Of a DNA stretch of 64,000 bases, positions 52,301 through 64,000 are shown piece after piece. The DNA is from Yuukianura sp. NJ FZ-2021. Taxonomy: Eukaryota. Position numbers and translations under genes: made by a program. The first letter of the stretch is position 1; each line of letters begins with the position of its first letter. The stretch covers positions 12,028,001 through 12,092,000 of the forward strand of contig CM102286.1 of assembly GCA_046563655.1 (NCBI GenBank), in the 5' to 3' direction. The notes beneath the pieces are model-generated. The model worked only from the letters and a program-made list of their open reading frames with translations. It searched no databases and had not been told where the DNA came from.

Positions 52301-54019
52301 TATGAAATCGCCTTTTCTACTTTTTAAAAATGGCAAACATTGTATGCAATCAATCCAACTTACATCAAATGTGTACATGCCGGAGTCCAGTCTGGTTTGC
52401 ATTGCCCTCCCATTTCAACCGCTTTTCGGCGAAGTGTACTTCTAAAAGGATTTTCAAATCCACTCAATACGAACACGACGTCGTCGAACAATTTGTGAAA
52501 TGGTTTCCCCGATGTCGTTTTAGACTTGACTGGAGCTTTTGATTTAGCAGCCACATTTGGAAGAGCTGCGGTGGCGGTGGAAGAGGACGGTTTGCTGGAC
52601 ATGGTTTGTTTATGGCTACTGGACGTGGACAGTAAAGGAGAAGTGGATGGCTTCGGAGATAAATGTTGTGCTAGTGCTGTAGAAGCATGTGGAGAGTGGA
52701 TTTTAGTTTTCGCGTCTGTCTTATTTCCAGTCACCGAAGCATTGAATGACCAAATAGGAGATTGACCACCTGAGTCTGCCAATGGAGTAAATTGATGCTT
52801 AGTAGTTGCAAGTAAAGGACCTGCAGAAAAATGATTGTAATTTACAAGTGAATTTTCAATTATACAAGAACTAATCGTAAGTGGAAGTGGAGTAAGGCCC
52901 AACGCCGCTAACCATTTTTAGTCGGAGTGTTGTCAACCTTAGAGGAACAAGTTGTGGTCAAGTCCTCCTTTGACTGCAATGGTGGAGGTAGGGAAGTGGT
53001 ATGTCCTGTTCCACGAGTCTTAGATAAAGGAGGAACTGATGTTGTCCGGATCGCCGCTGCAGGGGAAGCTGCTAACCGGGAATTGGAAGTCGTAGGTGGC
53101 GATTTGGCTCCTGCAAATAAATCCGAAATAAACAAGTTGCCTTAAAGGAATTTAAGAGGATAACTGAATAGAATAATGAGTACACTTCCCTATTTCCAAA
53201 TTAAAATTCATACCTTTTGCGTCGTCTGCAGCCGCCATCCTCTTAGCGAAGAAACTCCCGATACGAATCGGATCTGGATTAACGGCGGAAGAATCAATAT
53301 CCTCAGTTGCGGTGTTCAACACGCGGAATTTTCCAATTGTAGAACTATTCGGATGTGACGATGGGTCTGCCTGGATAATAACATTAATGAAAGATATACC
53401 ATACTGAATTCGACGATTAAAAGGTTGGATGCAGGAGATTTTGATGAGATCCCATTTTTCCGCTGCAACTGATTTAACAAGGCTACTCGAAAACATCTTT
53501 ACTCGATTCAGATTCGTTTCTTCTTTAGATTCAGTCACGCTCATGAATGCAGTTTGATTTTGAATTACCTGCAGAACAAAAAATTACCGAACTGAACAAC
53601 GAGCGCTAGATTTCATAAAAGTAACAAGGAAACTACCGGAAATCAATAATTAATCTTACATGGAATTCTTGATTTGTTCCACCGGATCGAGACACGGAGA
53701 TTTCAATAAATGCAGATCCTTCATTCCCAATATCTAGTGACATGATTTTTTCAACTTTATCCAATTGAATGATTACGAAAGCCTCCTTCTCTCCAGCTTC
53801 CCGACATTTCCATTTCCGGAAAGTGTCCGGCTTCAATAAATTACTCGCCGGATGGTTCTAAATAATTAAACACGACTAAAATTAAAATATTCTCACTTTA
53901 TAACTTCCAACAGTTTACTAATAATAGTAGTAGTAAATCAAGGTAAATAGAATAGAACGTCTTACCGGATCCTCACTGCTGAAACTGCAAATACAGTTCA
54001 ATGGTGCCTTGCAGCTCAT
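49353..54019 (-). CDS. XRCC1: DNA repair protein XRCC1; exons 54019-53966, 53857-53660, 53568-53214, 53110-52913, 52820-52364, 51871-51752, 51414-51221, 51133-51043, 50741-50472, 49681-49603, 49463-49353
   Basis: N-terminal domain (FSSEDPNHPASNLLKPDTFRKWKC...LDIGNEGSAFIEI), BRCT1 (VVFVLSGFENPFRSTLRRKAVEMGGQCKPDWTPACTHLICAFVNTPKF...W), acidic linker, BRCT2 (DFF...VNYIVTW...NPNAEIVQARWIETC); GT-AG junctions with compatible phases. Confidence 0.93.
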
Positions 54020-54182
54020 TTTCAATCGCTTCGCTGGCTTCTCTTCTTACTTAGGATAGTGTCGCTGTCCTGTCACTGTTACGGTGATGACTTTCAGCTA
54101 GAGTCAAGTCGCTGAATCGCTGAATGGAATCCCCGTGAACGAACAACAGCAACAGAAGGTTTCTGTCTCTGTTTTGGTATAG

Positions 54183-54377
54183 AGATTAAGGTAAGGATTC
54201 ACGACCATTGTTGTAACCCATCTAGTAGGCTATAGGCACCAGGCACGCCGGCCATCTTGTGTGGCTACAATTGGCGGGTAGTGACAAAATTTTTAGCCAG
54301 TTTAACGTCAACCTACACGAAACGAAAGTGGTGGAATAGTGTAGCCACTCATTGTAGCCGCACAGTGGGTAATCTCT
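54183..54377. mobile_element. Degenerate copy of the 7075-7309 MITE family
   Basis: Shares GTAAGGATT(C/A)ACGACC and CTCATTGTAGCCGCACAGTG with the 7.1-kb element. Confidence 0.6.
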
Positions 54378-54784
54378 GATAGATAATGATGATAATTAAA
54401 CCCTACTCCAACCGGTACTATTTTATTCTTCTACCGCGCGCGCGATCGTATAAAATGAACAGCTGATTATGGCAACATGGTAAGGGGACAAAAAAACAAA
54501 AATACTAAAGTACTAGTATTCAGATTTCAGATCGGAAAAAGATAGACTAAACCCATTTTTAAAATTCTTTTCCAGGTTATTTGGAGTAATACTTCAAACA
54601 ACAAGTCAGCGACATAGTACAACTAACGAAACTCGTAGAGCTGCTTGTTCCGTTTTTGAGCATCAAGGTCCTTAACACAACACATATTCATATCTAAGCG
54701 TTAACGACTTTTCTGACGGGGATTGAATGGTTTACAATTTCAGGACGGACTGAATTGATCTCCAGTCCAGTTTACGGACCCAAT

Positions 54785-55306
54785 ATGGCTGAAACAAGAC
54801 CCGTACCAATTCCGGGGAAAGTTGCCGCCATTAAAATTCCCTGCAACGGAGAGCGTGGTGCTTTATTCATTCCAGTGGAAATTGATGAAAATGATCCTAT
54901 TTTCACGGATGAAGTGGGCTTCACGGCGCCGGTGTCCCGGAAAATAGAACTACCTCTGCGCATGCGCAAGTGTTCGTCTTCAGATAAGCGTGGATTTGAG
55001 CGTGCTGCTCTGGATAACCAAGTTGCTACATACTTGATGATTGAAACTGGGTCGGGATTAGCCAAAATGATTTGGCAAACTAATGTTGGGACTGTGATTG
55101 TAGCTCGAGAGGATAAGAAACCATTGTCGGAGGAACACTTGGAGGCATTTTGGAGCTACAATTCGGCTCTTCTAGATCGATATGGCGACGACGATTCGGA
55201 CAGCGTTGAGAAGTCTATTACGCAAGTCAACTTTGGGAAGTTTTTCAAGTACAACTACAATCGACCGAGAGCCACCGACTTCGTTGAAGAGTGGAACAAA
55301 GCTTGA
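54785..55306 (+). CDS. Uncharacterised 173-aa protein, paralogue A (uninterrupted ORF); resembles a domain of fungal MYND-finger-associated proteins
   Basis: Open ORF MAETRPVPIPGKVAAIKIPC...LDNQVATYLMIETGSG...WQTNVGTVIVAREDKKPL; codon-wise conservation with the adjacent paralogue; AATAAA near 55469. Family resemblance recalled, not searched. Confidence 0.8.
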   Translation: MAETRPVPIPGKVAAIKIPCNGERGALFIPVEIDENDPIFTDEVGFTAPVSRKIELPLRMRKCSSSDKRGFERAALDNQVATYLMIETGSGLAKMIWQTNVGTVIVAREDKKPLSEEHLEAFWSYNSALLDRYGDDDSDSVEKSITQVNFGKFFKYNYNRPRATDFVEEWNKA

Positions 55307-56505
55307 ACAATTCAATGAAAATACTCCATGCCTTAAGGGATCTGTTTCTCTGGAACCATTACATCTGAAGTGAGGCCGTAAAATTCATAAGCAATAACGT
55401 CTCGAGGTTTACCTAGTTTAATGCAACCACAAAAGTTTCTAATTTCCTATTTACAATTTACAATTATTAATAAAGATCTTTCTTGTCTCTAATTTGTTGA
55501 GGTTTGGCAATTTCGGTAAGGTATTTTAATGGTATGTGTAAGAATTCTTCATTCTATCTTAAACGTTTTAATACTCCACATCGCAGTATATTGTCATTAA
55601 TAATTGCGCCCACCACAAATCCAATCAATAAGTCCACGTAGAGGCAATAAAGGTAACCTCTCCATCCAAGTTGGCAACCTGTAATGATGAGATTGCTGTT
55701 GAAAGTATTAATTACTATTCTTAAATTAAATAACCTACTAACATTACTCGCCTTCAGCGCCGGAAAATAGAAGTGGATTTTTACTTACAAACCGTAATGA
55801 AGGTTGCCAGGTGGAATTCTTTATTGCCCCTAGGTGGACATATCGTTTTAAGTTGTGGGTACAAATGTACCCACCTGGTGGATACATCGGGTGGATGCAA
55901 TGGTAGCGGCGCGAAAATTTGAACGGGTGGGTACAACCGGGGCACCACGATTACTTCAACCACGGGACGCGCACCCCGCTAGAGATTGCACGATCGATCC
56001 CCAATAGAATACGGATGTTCTCTTCGTGTCACACGAAGTGGACATCCGAATAATTTTAACTAGAATCTGCACACACAGGAATCGTGTCCGTGTGTCACAC
56101 ACGGTGTCTGTATAGCTTATACCTATTAAGTTTAAGTTATTAAGCTGACGACCGACGAAGGTGACAGACGACAACGACATATATAGGACAGCTTAACAAT
56201 AAGGCAATACGTTTATTCGATTAGATTAGTAGATAAGATAATAGATTAGTAGGTAGTAGTTAAGTAGATTACCTTGTTTCAAATTCTTTTTTTCAGTTAG
56301 TTGCTTAAATCCTTTCGTTAAGCTGCAAATCAGCGACTTGCAAAAACAGAGTGCCTCTCTGGTTTCTCACCTCTGACGTGACGTGAGTGTGAGCAACAAA
56401 CATGATTATGTACTTAATTGGTTATGTAATTGGAACCCATTTGGTATTTCTAATCTATTTGATCGGTTTCGTTTATATAGTACTCATTAAACTCCCTGAC
56501 TGAAA

Positions 56506-57065
56506 ATGGCCGAGACCAAACCTTTACCCACTCCAGGGAAAGTTGCCGCCATTAAGATTCCTTGCAAGGGGAGCGCGGTGGAATTTCAGTGAAGTGTGGT
56601 GAACTTCCAGCGAATGCATTCATTCCTGTGGAAATTGATGAAAATGACCCGATTTTCAGGCAGGCTGGCTTTACGGCACCGGTGTCCAAGAAAATAGGAC
56701 TACCTCTACGCATGCGAAAGTGTTGGTCTTCGGACGACCAGGGTTTATACCGGAATGGGGTTGATGACGTTAATCAAGTTGCTACATACCTTGTGATTGA
56801 AACTGATTCGGGAATAGCAAAATGGACGTGGCAAGATGATGTTGGGACTGTGATCGTAGCACGAGAGGATAAGAAGCCATTGTCAAGGGAGCATCTGGAA
56901 GTATTTTGGAGCTACAATAAGTATCTTATTTATCGATATGGATACGGGGATTTTAGCAGCGTTGACAACTCCATCACGCTTGTCAACTTCGAGAAGTATT
57001 TCAAGTACTACAATTGCAAGCGACCAAAAGCTACTGACTTCGTTGAAGAGTGGAACAAAGCTTAA
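56506..57065 (+). pseudogene. Paralogue B of the 54785 gene with a 1-bp frameshift (pseudogene or sequence error)
   Basis: ATG 56506 gives MAETKPLPTPGKVAAIKIPC, then the frame shifts at the G run 56568-56571 (stop TGA 56590-56592); the homologous remainder is open in another frame to 57065. Confidence 0.7.
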
Positions 57066-57205
57066 ACATTTAATAAAAATTACTACATTACTAAGGAGTA
57101 TGAATTATTTGAAAAAAGCAATACATAATTAGTTTAACGTTTGGATATTTTTCCATCCAGATCCAATTTCCAAGCGAGCAAAAGAAAAATATTAACGCAA
57201 TCATA

Positions 57206-57839
57206 TGGGGGAAGTTTTGCTGATTCATGTTTCCGCAATTTTTCCACATTAGGAATTACTAAAATAGGGCTATTCGTAATGCAGAAAATCCTCGCGTTTA
57301 ATTCCTAATGCAGAAAATCCTGACGTTTAACTCCTAATACAGAAATTCCTGACGTTCAATTCCTAATGCAAAAAAAATCCTACTGTTCAATTCCTAACGC
57401 GAAAATTGTGACATCCAATTCCCAATGCAAAATTTCTGACAGTAAATTTCTAATGAAAAAATTCCTAGCAGCGAATTTCTAATATAGAAATAGCTGACAG
57501 GTAATTTCTAATGCAAAACTTCAGCTGTTTACGTAAGAAAATGTTGGTCAGGATTTTTTACGTTAGAAATTGTCTGTCAGGATTTTTTATATTAAAAATT
57601 ATCTGTCAGCATTTTCCACATTAGAAATTCGCTCCCCAGGAATTTTTACGTTAGAAATTCACTGTCAGAAATGTTTACATTAGGAATCGGACGTCAGGGT
57701 TTTCTGCGTTAGGAATTGGACGCCAGGATTTTCTAGAGTAGGAATTGGACGCGTGCATTTTCTGTATTAGGAATAGCCCGTATTTTTTGTCTTTCCTAAT
57801 GTTAAAAATTCCTAACATTAATCAGCAAATCTCCCCCCA
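57206..57839. mobile_element. Foldback-type MITE flanked by TA
   Basis: TIRs TGGGGGAAGTTTTGCTGATT / AATCAGCAAATCTCCCCCCA; internal ~28-30 bp subrepeats TTCCTAATGCAGAAAATCCTGAC inverted about the centre (~57530). Confidence 0.85.
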
Positions 57840-58146
57840 TAGAATCAGAAAAGTTTATCTCCTGTCTATTTATACAAGTAAACTTAACCTCTTTCTTGTT
57901 TCCAATTCCCTGATGTTTGACAATTACATTACAGCTTCTTAATGGTAATTGTACTTATTTTTATTCAATTTTAAAAGTTAGGTTAGTTTAGTAGTCGTTC
58001 ATAGATTAACGTCGCTGTACGTTTACTATTGTTGCCCAACTGTGAAGGACTGGGTGTGAATTAAGTTGTGTGGTTAATCTAAATTTCTTTGATTGTCTAT
58101 TGTTTTAAAAACTGACTGTGTTTACAATCATCAATTTTTAACTTCA

Positions 58147-59167
58147 ATGTCTGGAGTTCCTGTGATTACCGATTTTGGGCCAGATTCAGGTGGAAGAATA
58201 AAGGTAAAACAAAAATTCTCACCGTTCACCGACGTTTTGTTACAGCGTTCTTTGATAAAATAAATATATGCTTCGTGTAGAATTTAATCGTCTGTCTATG
58301 CGTTGCAGGGTGTAACAATAATCAAGCCAGTGGTAGTTGGAAATGTTGCCAAGTATTTTGGAAAGAAGAGGGAAGAAGATGGACACACACATCAGTGGAC
58401 TGTATATCTGAAACCATTCGAGAACATCGATTATTCACCTTTCATTAAGAAAGTTCAATTCAAATTGCATGACAGTTACGCCAATCCAACCAGGATTGTC
58501 ACAAAGCCTCCTTATGAAGTAACGGAAACGGGTTGGGGTGAATTCGAGATCAATATAAGAATCTACTTGAATGATCCGACAGAGCGACCAGTAAGACGTA
58601 CACGAATAGAATATTTTGTTGAAACATAGAAAAATTCTTCCTTCTTTGTATTTAGATAATTCTAAGCCATGTTCTAAAACTGTTCCGCACTGGGACAGAC
58701 CCATCGACAGAGAATCTTAGTAAGAAGCCACTAGTTACGGAATCCTATGACGAACTCATTTTCCAAGATCCAACAGCACTGCTGAAGTCTCTCTTGGATG
58801 ACGTGAAACCACTTACTTCGGGGCCTTATTTTCATGAAACAAATTGTAAGACATATTCTCCGCATGAGCCATAACTTTTTAAAATACGTTGCTTAATTAA
58901 GGTTCTGTTGTTTGTCTTCGAACAGTTGAAGAGAAGAAGGCCCAATCGAAGGAAGAGATTCTGAGAGCCAAATCAAAGCTACGTTCTGAGATCCAGACAT
59001 TAAAAGCTAAACTTGAATTATCGAAAACAACAATTCAAAACTTTAAGGCCGCCATTGCCCTCGCTTCTTCAAAAGCTGATTCCCAACAGCCATCGACATC
59101 TGCTTCTGCGGCAGTAGTATCGGAGGGTTCCTCAGCAGTTGTAGCACGTGATCCCGTCCCTAAGTAA
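58147..59167 (+). CDS. YEATS4: YEATS domain-containing protein 4 (GAS41); exons 58147-58203, 58309-58590, 58656-58845, 58926-59167
   Basis: [47 protein letters not shown]...[15 protein letters not shown]...YDELIFQDP plus a C-terminal coiled-coil-like segment; canonical splice sites. Confidence 0.96.
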
Positions 59168-60100
59168 ATCAACAGGCAACATTTCTTATTCTTACGCTAA
59201 ACCTTATTAGTTCATGGCTTCTTATTAGTCTCCTCTGCTTACTTTACTAAATGTTCTTTTTCTCTTTAGCAATTGAATGGGTGTTACTTTATCCTTACGC
59301 TTACACCACTAGACCCGTACTTTTAGGTCAAGGTCATTCCTTAATTCAAATACAACTTGTATTACAAGTTGTAATACTGTTCTTAAAATATATTTCTGTA
59401 CGTTTTACTTGTCAGTGTACGTTTTCAATTTGCCCGACACTAATTTCAATTACTCCGTGGTAATGGTTGCGTGAGAGAACGCATAGTGAAACCTGCTGTG
59501 TAGACGTGTCATTCATTTCCTTCAGGTAATAGTTAGGCAGGCGACAGCTGTGTTTGTTAATTCCATTTTTTACTTAAAAACTAATTGAAAGAGTACTCTG
59601 TCGTTATTGTGTCATTCCCATTTAATTTTGAGTAAAGAAGCATCAAACGTATATTGAGTTAGGAGTAATTGAAATTTCGAAGGAGTCTGTAAATTAGTTT
59701 CGCCGGGTTGAACAAAACCACGCCACGGTCGTTATTTTGTTTTTGTAGTAATTTCATTTTCATTTACACCTGAATTAATCGTTCGTCGAACGCCGAAGTC
59801 GAGCAAAGGACGACGGAAAAGTGTTGGTGCACAACGGTTTGTTGCGTCGGTAAGCACTATACGACAGCACATCATGGCAGAGAGTGGAAATTAAATTAAT
59901 ATTCATTAATCAATGAGTATTAACATTGTGGTAATGGTTATTGTTTTTCTTAATTTCATTTTTGATGTTTTTTTTCAGGTTAGGTTCGTTGCACAATGCT
60001 TTTTCTGCACTAGAAGTCGGGCAGTATCTACGGCTGATTACCATGGCGGTATCTAGGACGTAGCGCATCCTTGGAGTTGAAATGCAACAAAGTGCTGACG

Positions 60101-61790
60101 ATGGCCTTGTTAAAACTTCTTAGGTTGTTCATGTCCGTGATGCGTCCAAAGAAAGGACGCACGGAATATTCGGGTCTCGTATTCGTCAGAAACGCCATCC
60201 TGATAGGCTTCTACTTTTGTTCGTCGATAGGTCTTACTTTTTTTCAAAACCATCTTCTCCAGGTTGGTTTTAAAATTATTATAAGTGTTACGCTTACAAA
60301 CCGACATTATATTGATGGCCAGTTCTACCATTGCAGGTTAAAGTTAAACGGAGTTTAGTGCAAACTAGTTCCACCTTTAAACTCAATTAACTTAATTATG
60401 CGTCAATTAATTTTGTCATGCAAGGTATCAAAATTCTTGTATTCCTCCGCCGGTTAAAGTCCGGTTAAATTTAACCGGCCGATTTTCTCCAGTTAAATTT
60501 TTTAATCTCCGGTTAAATATTTAAACTCCGTTAAAACTTAACCTGCAATGGACGAACTGGGCATGAATGTTTCATTGATTATTGTTTCCTATTCCTAGCA
60601 AGTCAAGTTTCCGCTGTCCATTGTGTGCTGTCATTTGTTATTGAAGTTTCTCATCTCCGGTTTTCTGAGATTGTGTTATGTTCTGTTGTGGAAGAAACAT
60701 CGCGTCACATTAGATGCTTGGACATGGTTTTCAAAATTGTGCCTAGTCGGCGTCAGTTCGGGGTGAGTTTTTCCTTTTCTAAAAAGAAATACTAAACAGC
60801 ATATACAAGTTGAATCTATTTCCATAATTTCGTTTTCAGCCTCGACATCGGGCTGTCTAATTGGGCGTTGGAGCTGGTCTCTGTTTCACTGTAAGTCCAT
60901 ATTTGAAAACGATTTAATTAACCTAAGTGCAATGTGTATACTAAAGGATTTTGTTTTGATGCTGCAGGTACACCATGACCAAAAGCACTGCCGTCATCTT
61001 CATACTTCTCTTTGCACTCCTGTTTCGTTTAGAAGAGCGACACTGGAGTAACCTTCTGATAGTCGGCCTAATTTCCGGAGGTCTGACTATGTTTACGTAC
61101 AAAAGCACTCAGTTTCACGTGATCGGTTTTCTGCTGGTCCTTGCTGCCAGTGTTTTGAGTGGATTCCGGTGGTCAATGGCTCAACTAATTCTACAAAAGA
61201 GTAAACTGGGCTTGGAAAATCCTGTTGACATGATTTACCATATTCAGCCTTGGATGCTCGTAGGAATAATTCCATTTGCAATGTATTTCGAGGGTCCAGC
61301 TCTGATGAAGTTGAGCCAAGGAGACATGTCGGTTGAACAGCTCAAGTTTGGAGACTGGCACGGAACGGGTGAAGAGACATCATACTTTATACTTGAATCA
61401 ATCCTGATTGGTTCACTTATGGCGTTCTTCATGGAGGTTGCAGAGTACCTTCTAGTCACTTTCACGTCAAGCCTTAGCCTCGCCGTTACGGGAATATTCA
61501 AGGTAAACCTATAAAATCATTGACGCAGATCGCATTGCTGACATTTCTTTTGTGATGTTATTTTTCAGGAGATTTGTACTATGGTGTTGGCTGTGATATT
61601 CAATAAGGATCCATTGTCACTGATTAATTTGTTTGGACTTCTTCTTTGTCTCTCTGGAATCACTGCTCATCTTGTGAGCAAGACGATGCGAGGGGGTGAA
61701 CATCTCACCAAAGAGATGGACAGCGATGAGACGTTTATGCTAGAGGAGCACGATTTTCCACTTCTAAATGGCGATTCCGACCAGGACTGA
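60101..61790 (+). CDS. SLC35C2: Solute carrier family 35 member C2-like nucleotide-sugar transporter; exons 60101-60262, 60599-60762, 60840-60890, 60968-61502, 61569-61790
   Basis: SIGLTF, FPL, GLDIGLSNWALELVSVSLYTMTKST, SGFRWSMAQLILQKSKLGLENPVDMIYHIQPWM, TSSLSLAVTGIFKEIC. Start codon uncertain (60101 or 60131). Confidence 0.92.
60317..60562. mobile_element. MITE in the first coding intron of SLC35C2
   Basis: About 40-bp TIRs CCAGTTCTACCATTGCAGGTTAAAGTTAAACGGAGTTTA / TAAACTCCGTTAAAACTTAACCTGCAATGGACGAACTGG; internal CCGGTTAAA repeats. Confidence 0.85.
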
Positions 61791-62027
61791 AACAATTATT
61801 ATTTAACTTTTTCCCAAAATGAAAAATGTCAAATGCAATTAAAATATTTTCATATTTTATTGGTATTGGAAACCAGTAAGTTAAAATTATAACAAACAAC
61901 GGTTGACTGGTTACGGAGTATAAAACTGAGGTCCTAAACGCCAAATGCAAAAGGGGTTTGGCGTCTGAATCTTAAAAGTTGTGGCCATAATTTCATCTGT
62001 TTCAAATTTTGTACTTTCCTGTTGACG

Positions 62028-63260
62028 ATGTTCCGTAAAAAAAATAGAAGTATGGAAGAAACAACAGAAGACATTGAGGCCAAGTTGCGACATGGACTAC
62101 ATCAATGGCCATCAATGTCTAATGCAGAATTGGACGCTTTTGGTAAATGACATTGGGGAGAATGCATATTTCAAATAACGCTTTCATTTTTTTTTGTTTT
62201 AAAAGACTCAGAAATCCAACGGATTTTATCGGTGGACTTGCACGAAGATTCACAGAGCCTCCATGATGCTGAAGCGAAACTTTCCGCTAATCAGATGAAG
62301 ATCATTCAATTATTCAAAGGCGAAGGTCAAGACCAAGAGGGAGGCAGGTTAGGCAAGTTGCGTTGTTGGCTGCGCAGTATGAAACTCAAATTTACGAGAA
62401 ACTGGCCACAATCCAATGGAGTCATGTATGTCTCGACGCTGTTTGGGTTCAATGTCGTTTGGAACAAAGCTGTGTGCGAAGAAGAGTACTTTCGAATTGT
62501 AAGAGCTTTTTCTATAACTACATCTCAAGATAATAACAAATTCGATTTTTCTACAATTGGCTAATGTTAAAATATGTATCAGCTTAACGTAATGGCAATG
62601 GAGGCAATGCCAGGGAGTGACTTCATTTCCTCCCACTTAACAATGGTTCGCGTTGCTAGTGCTTTGCGGTGGTGGTGCCCTATAGTTCCAGATGTAGTCG
62701 ACGAAGCGTTCGGGTTTCTCTCATGGAATATTGAAGCGTCTCCCCACGAACGCTTCTCAGCTAAACAACGCGGAGCAGTTCTGAACGTCGAGAAAGGAGT
62801 GTTGATTAGTGTTTGCTCCACGGGCGTCGACTTTCAAGTGACAACATTTGACCATGGATCGTTTTCTCTCGCCAAAGAAACTGCACAAGGAGGTGAAAGT
62901 TTTATTGAAACGATTTTTTTGTGGGGTTTCTCAAATGAGTTTTAAATTTTAGTCCTTGAGAAATTCAAGTCAGCGATTGCAAAACTGGGGAAGATCCATG
63001 AAAAGACGCTGCAGGGTTTCCGCATCCGTGTCAAGCTTTGCAAAGAAGCGCAACAATGTATCTCTTTGAAGGACATTCCAGAAGTAACGATGCAATCAGC
63101 TCTGCCTCATAAGGCAAACTACAGCGAAGTCGTCGAATTTTCGAGAGTTTTAGCCGCTGCTGATGAATCACAAATTGAAAAGGAAAAGCGATTACTGCTC
63201 AAGAAACTTTCAAAATTTATGACGAAAGAAGAACAGCAGCAAGAAAATCAGTCCATGTAA
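62028..63260 (+). CDS. Hypothetical protein, about 341 aa; exons 62028-62142, 62206-62498, 62583-62892, 62953-63260
   Basis: Four segments join through three short GT-AG introns (63, 84, 60 bp) into one open frame of 1026 nt; AATAAA near 63323. No family recognised. Confidence 0.75.
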
Positions 63261-63868
63261 AAATACAATACAAACGAAAGCCGGAGGCAAGCATCAATGA
63301 AATTAATTTGAAGCCATTTAGAAATAAAACCTCATAATTGCCGTATGTAGTACTACTACGTTGTAGTGGTACTCAAAATTAAAAAACGAATTACCATATG
63401 AATTTGAATTCGAAACTAATAACTATAACCTTACAACTACAATTGATAATTATTATTGACATTAACTAAAAACCAAACCTGTTTTCCTATTGTTTTGAAT
63501 AGTTAATGCTTCAGTTTGAGTTGAGACGAGCAGAATGGGTGTGCAAACTTCACAGAGATGTGAGTTTGTTATGTATTTTTGTCAAGCCAGAAAGTTGGGT
63601 TTATTTTGTTGGCTGCCCGGCCGAACTTTTTTTTTTTACTTCCTTCTTCATCGGATCGACATCGGACACCAGTTAGTTGCCTTGCAGAACAATTAAACTT
63701 GGAATTAATCGTACGTTTTTATCGCATTTGGTAACTTTCAAACTCTGAATGCATAAATGAACTATTCGTTTACCATAACAGTTATGTCCTAAGTGATCCG
63801 ACGTTATCAATTGATTTCTGTTTTAAATAGTGTTGTTCTTTTTAACATCAGGTGTCAGGTCCCCCTTG

Positions 63869-64000
63869 ATGGAATCCGAAACATTTCAAAAGGTCGAACT
63901 TGCAGAAAGCAACAACGAGCCTCTTCATAAAAAAGTCAAAACAGCAGGCGCAGGCGGCGATACTGAAACGGCGAATGGAGAGGACTCTAACGGTGTAATC
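63869..64000 (+). CDS. 5' part of an unidentified gene running off the window
   Basis: Open frame MESETFQKVELAESNNEPLHKKVKTAGAGGDTETANGEDSNGVI after a polypyrimidine/CAG acceptor near 63850; NLS-like HKKVK. Confidence 0.5.
   Translation, partial: MESETFQKVELAESNNEPLHKKVKTAGAGGDTETANGEDSNGVI

Noticed and set aside
55790..56115. GC-richer block with weak inverted repeats between the two paralogues
   Set aside because: Pairing is weak and boundaries are undefined; no recognisable RNA gene or element.

Overview
AT-rich, intron-rich eukaryotic DNA, most likely an arthropod (GT-AG introns, TATA plus TCAGT initiator promoters, TTAGG-like motifs); the species cannot be determined from the sequence. 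Left to right: (1) about 27 kb of non-coding DNA carrying several MITE/foldback elements, most simply a large intron of (2) a minus-strand dopamine D2-like GPCR whose first coding exon is 26985-27866; (3) a tandem array of five two-exon genes (30.6-35.9 kb) encoding secreted 73-76 aa peptides with an 8-cysteine WAP/crustin-like core, missed by the ORF track and arranged as alternating acidic and basic subtypes A-B-A-B-A; (4) about 12 kb of non-coding DNA; (5) a gene-dense block: XRCC1 (minus, 11 exons), two paralogues of an uncharacterised protein resembling a fungal family (the second frameshifted), YEATS4/GAS41, an SLC35C2-like transporter, an unrecognised 4-exon gene and the start of another ORF at the window edge. 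Exon models were assembled by hand from splice signals and frame continuity; family calls rest on recalled motifs, not database searches.
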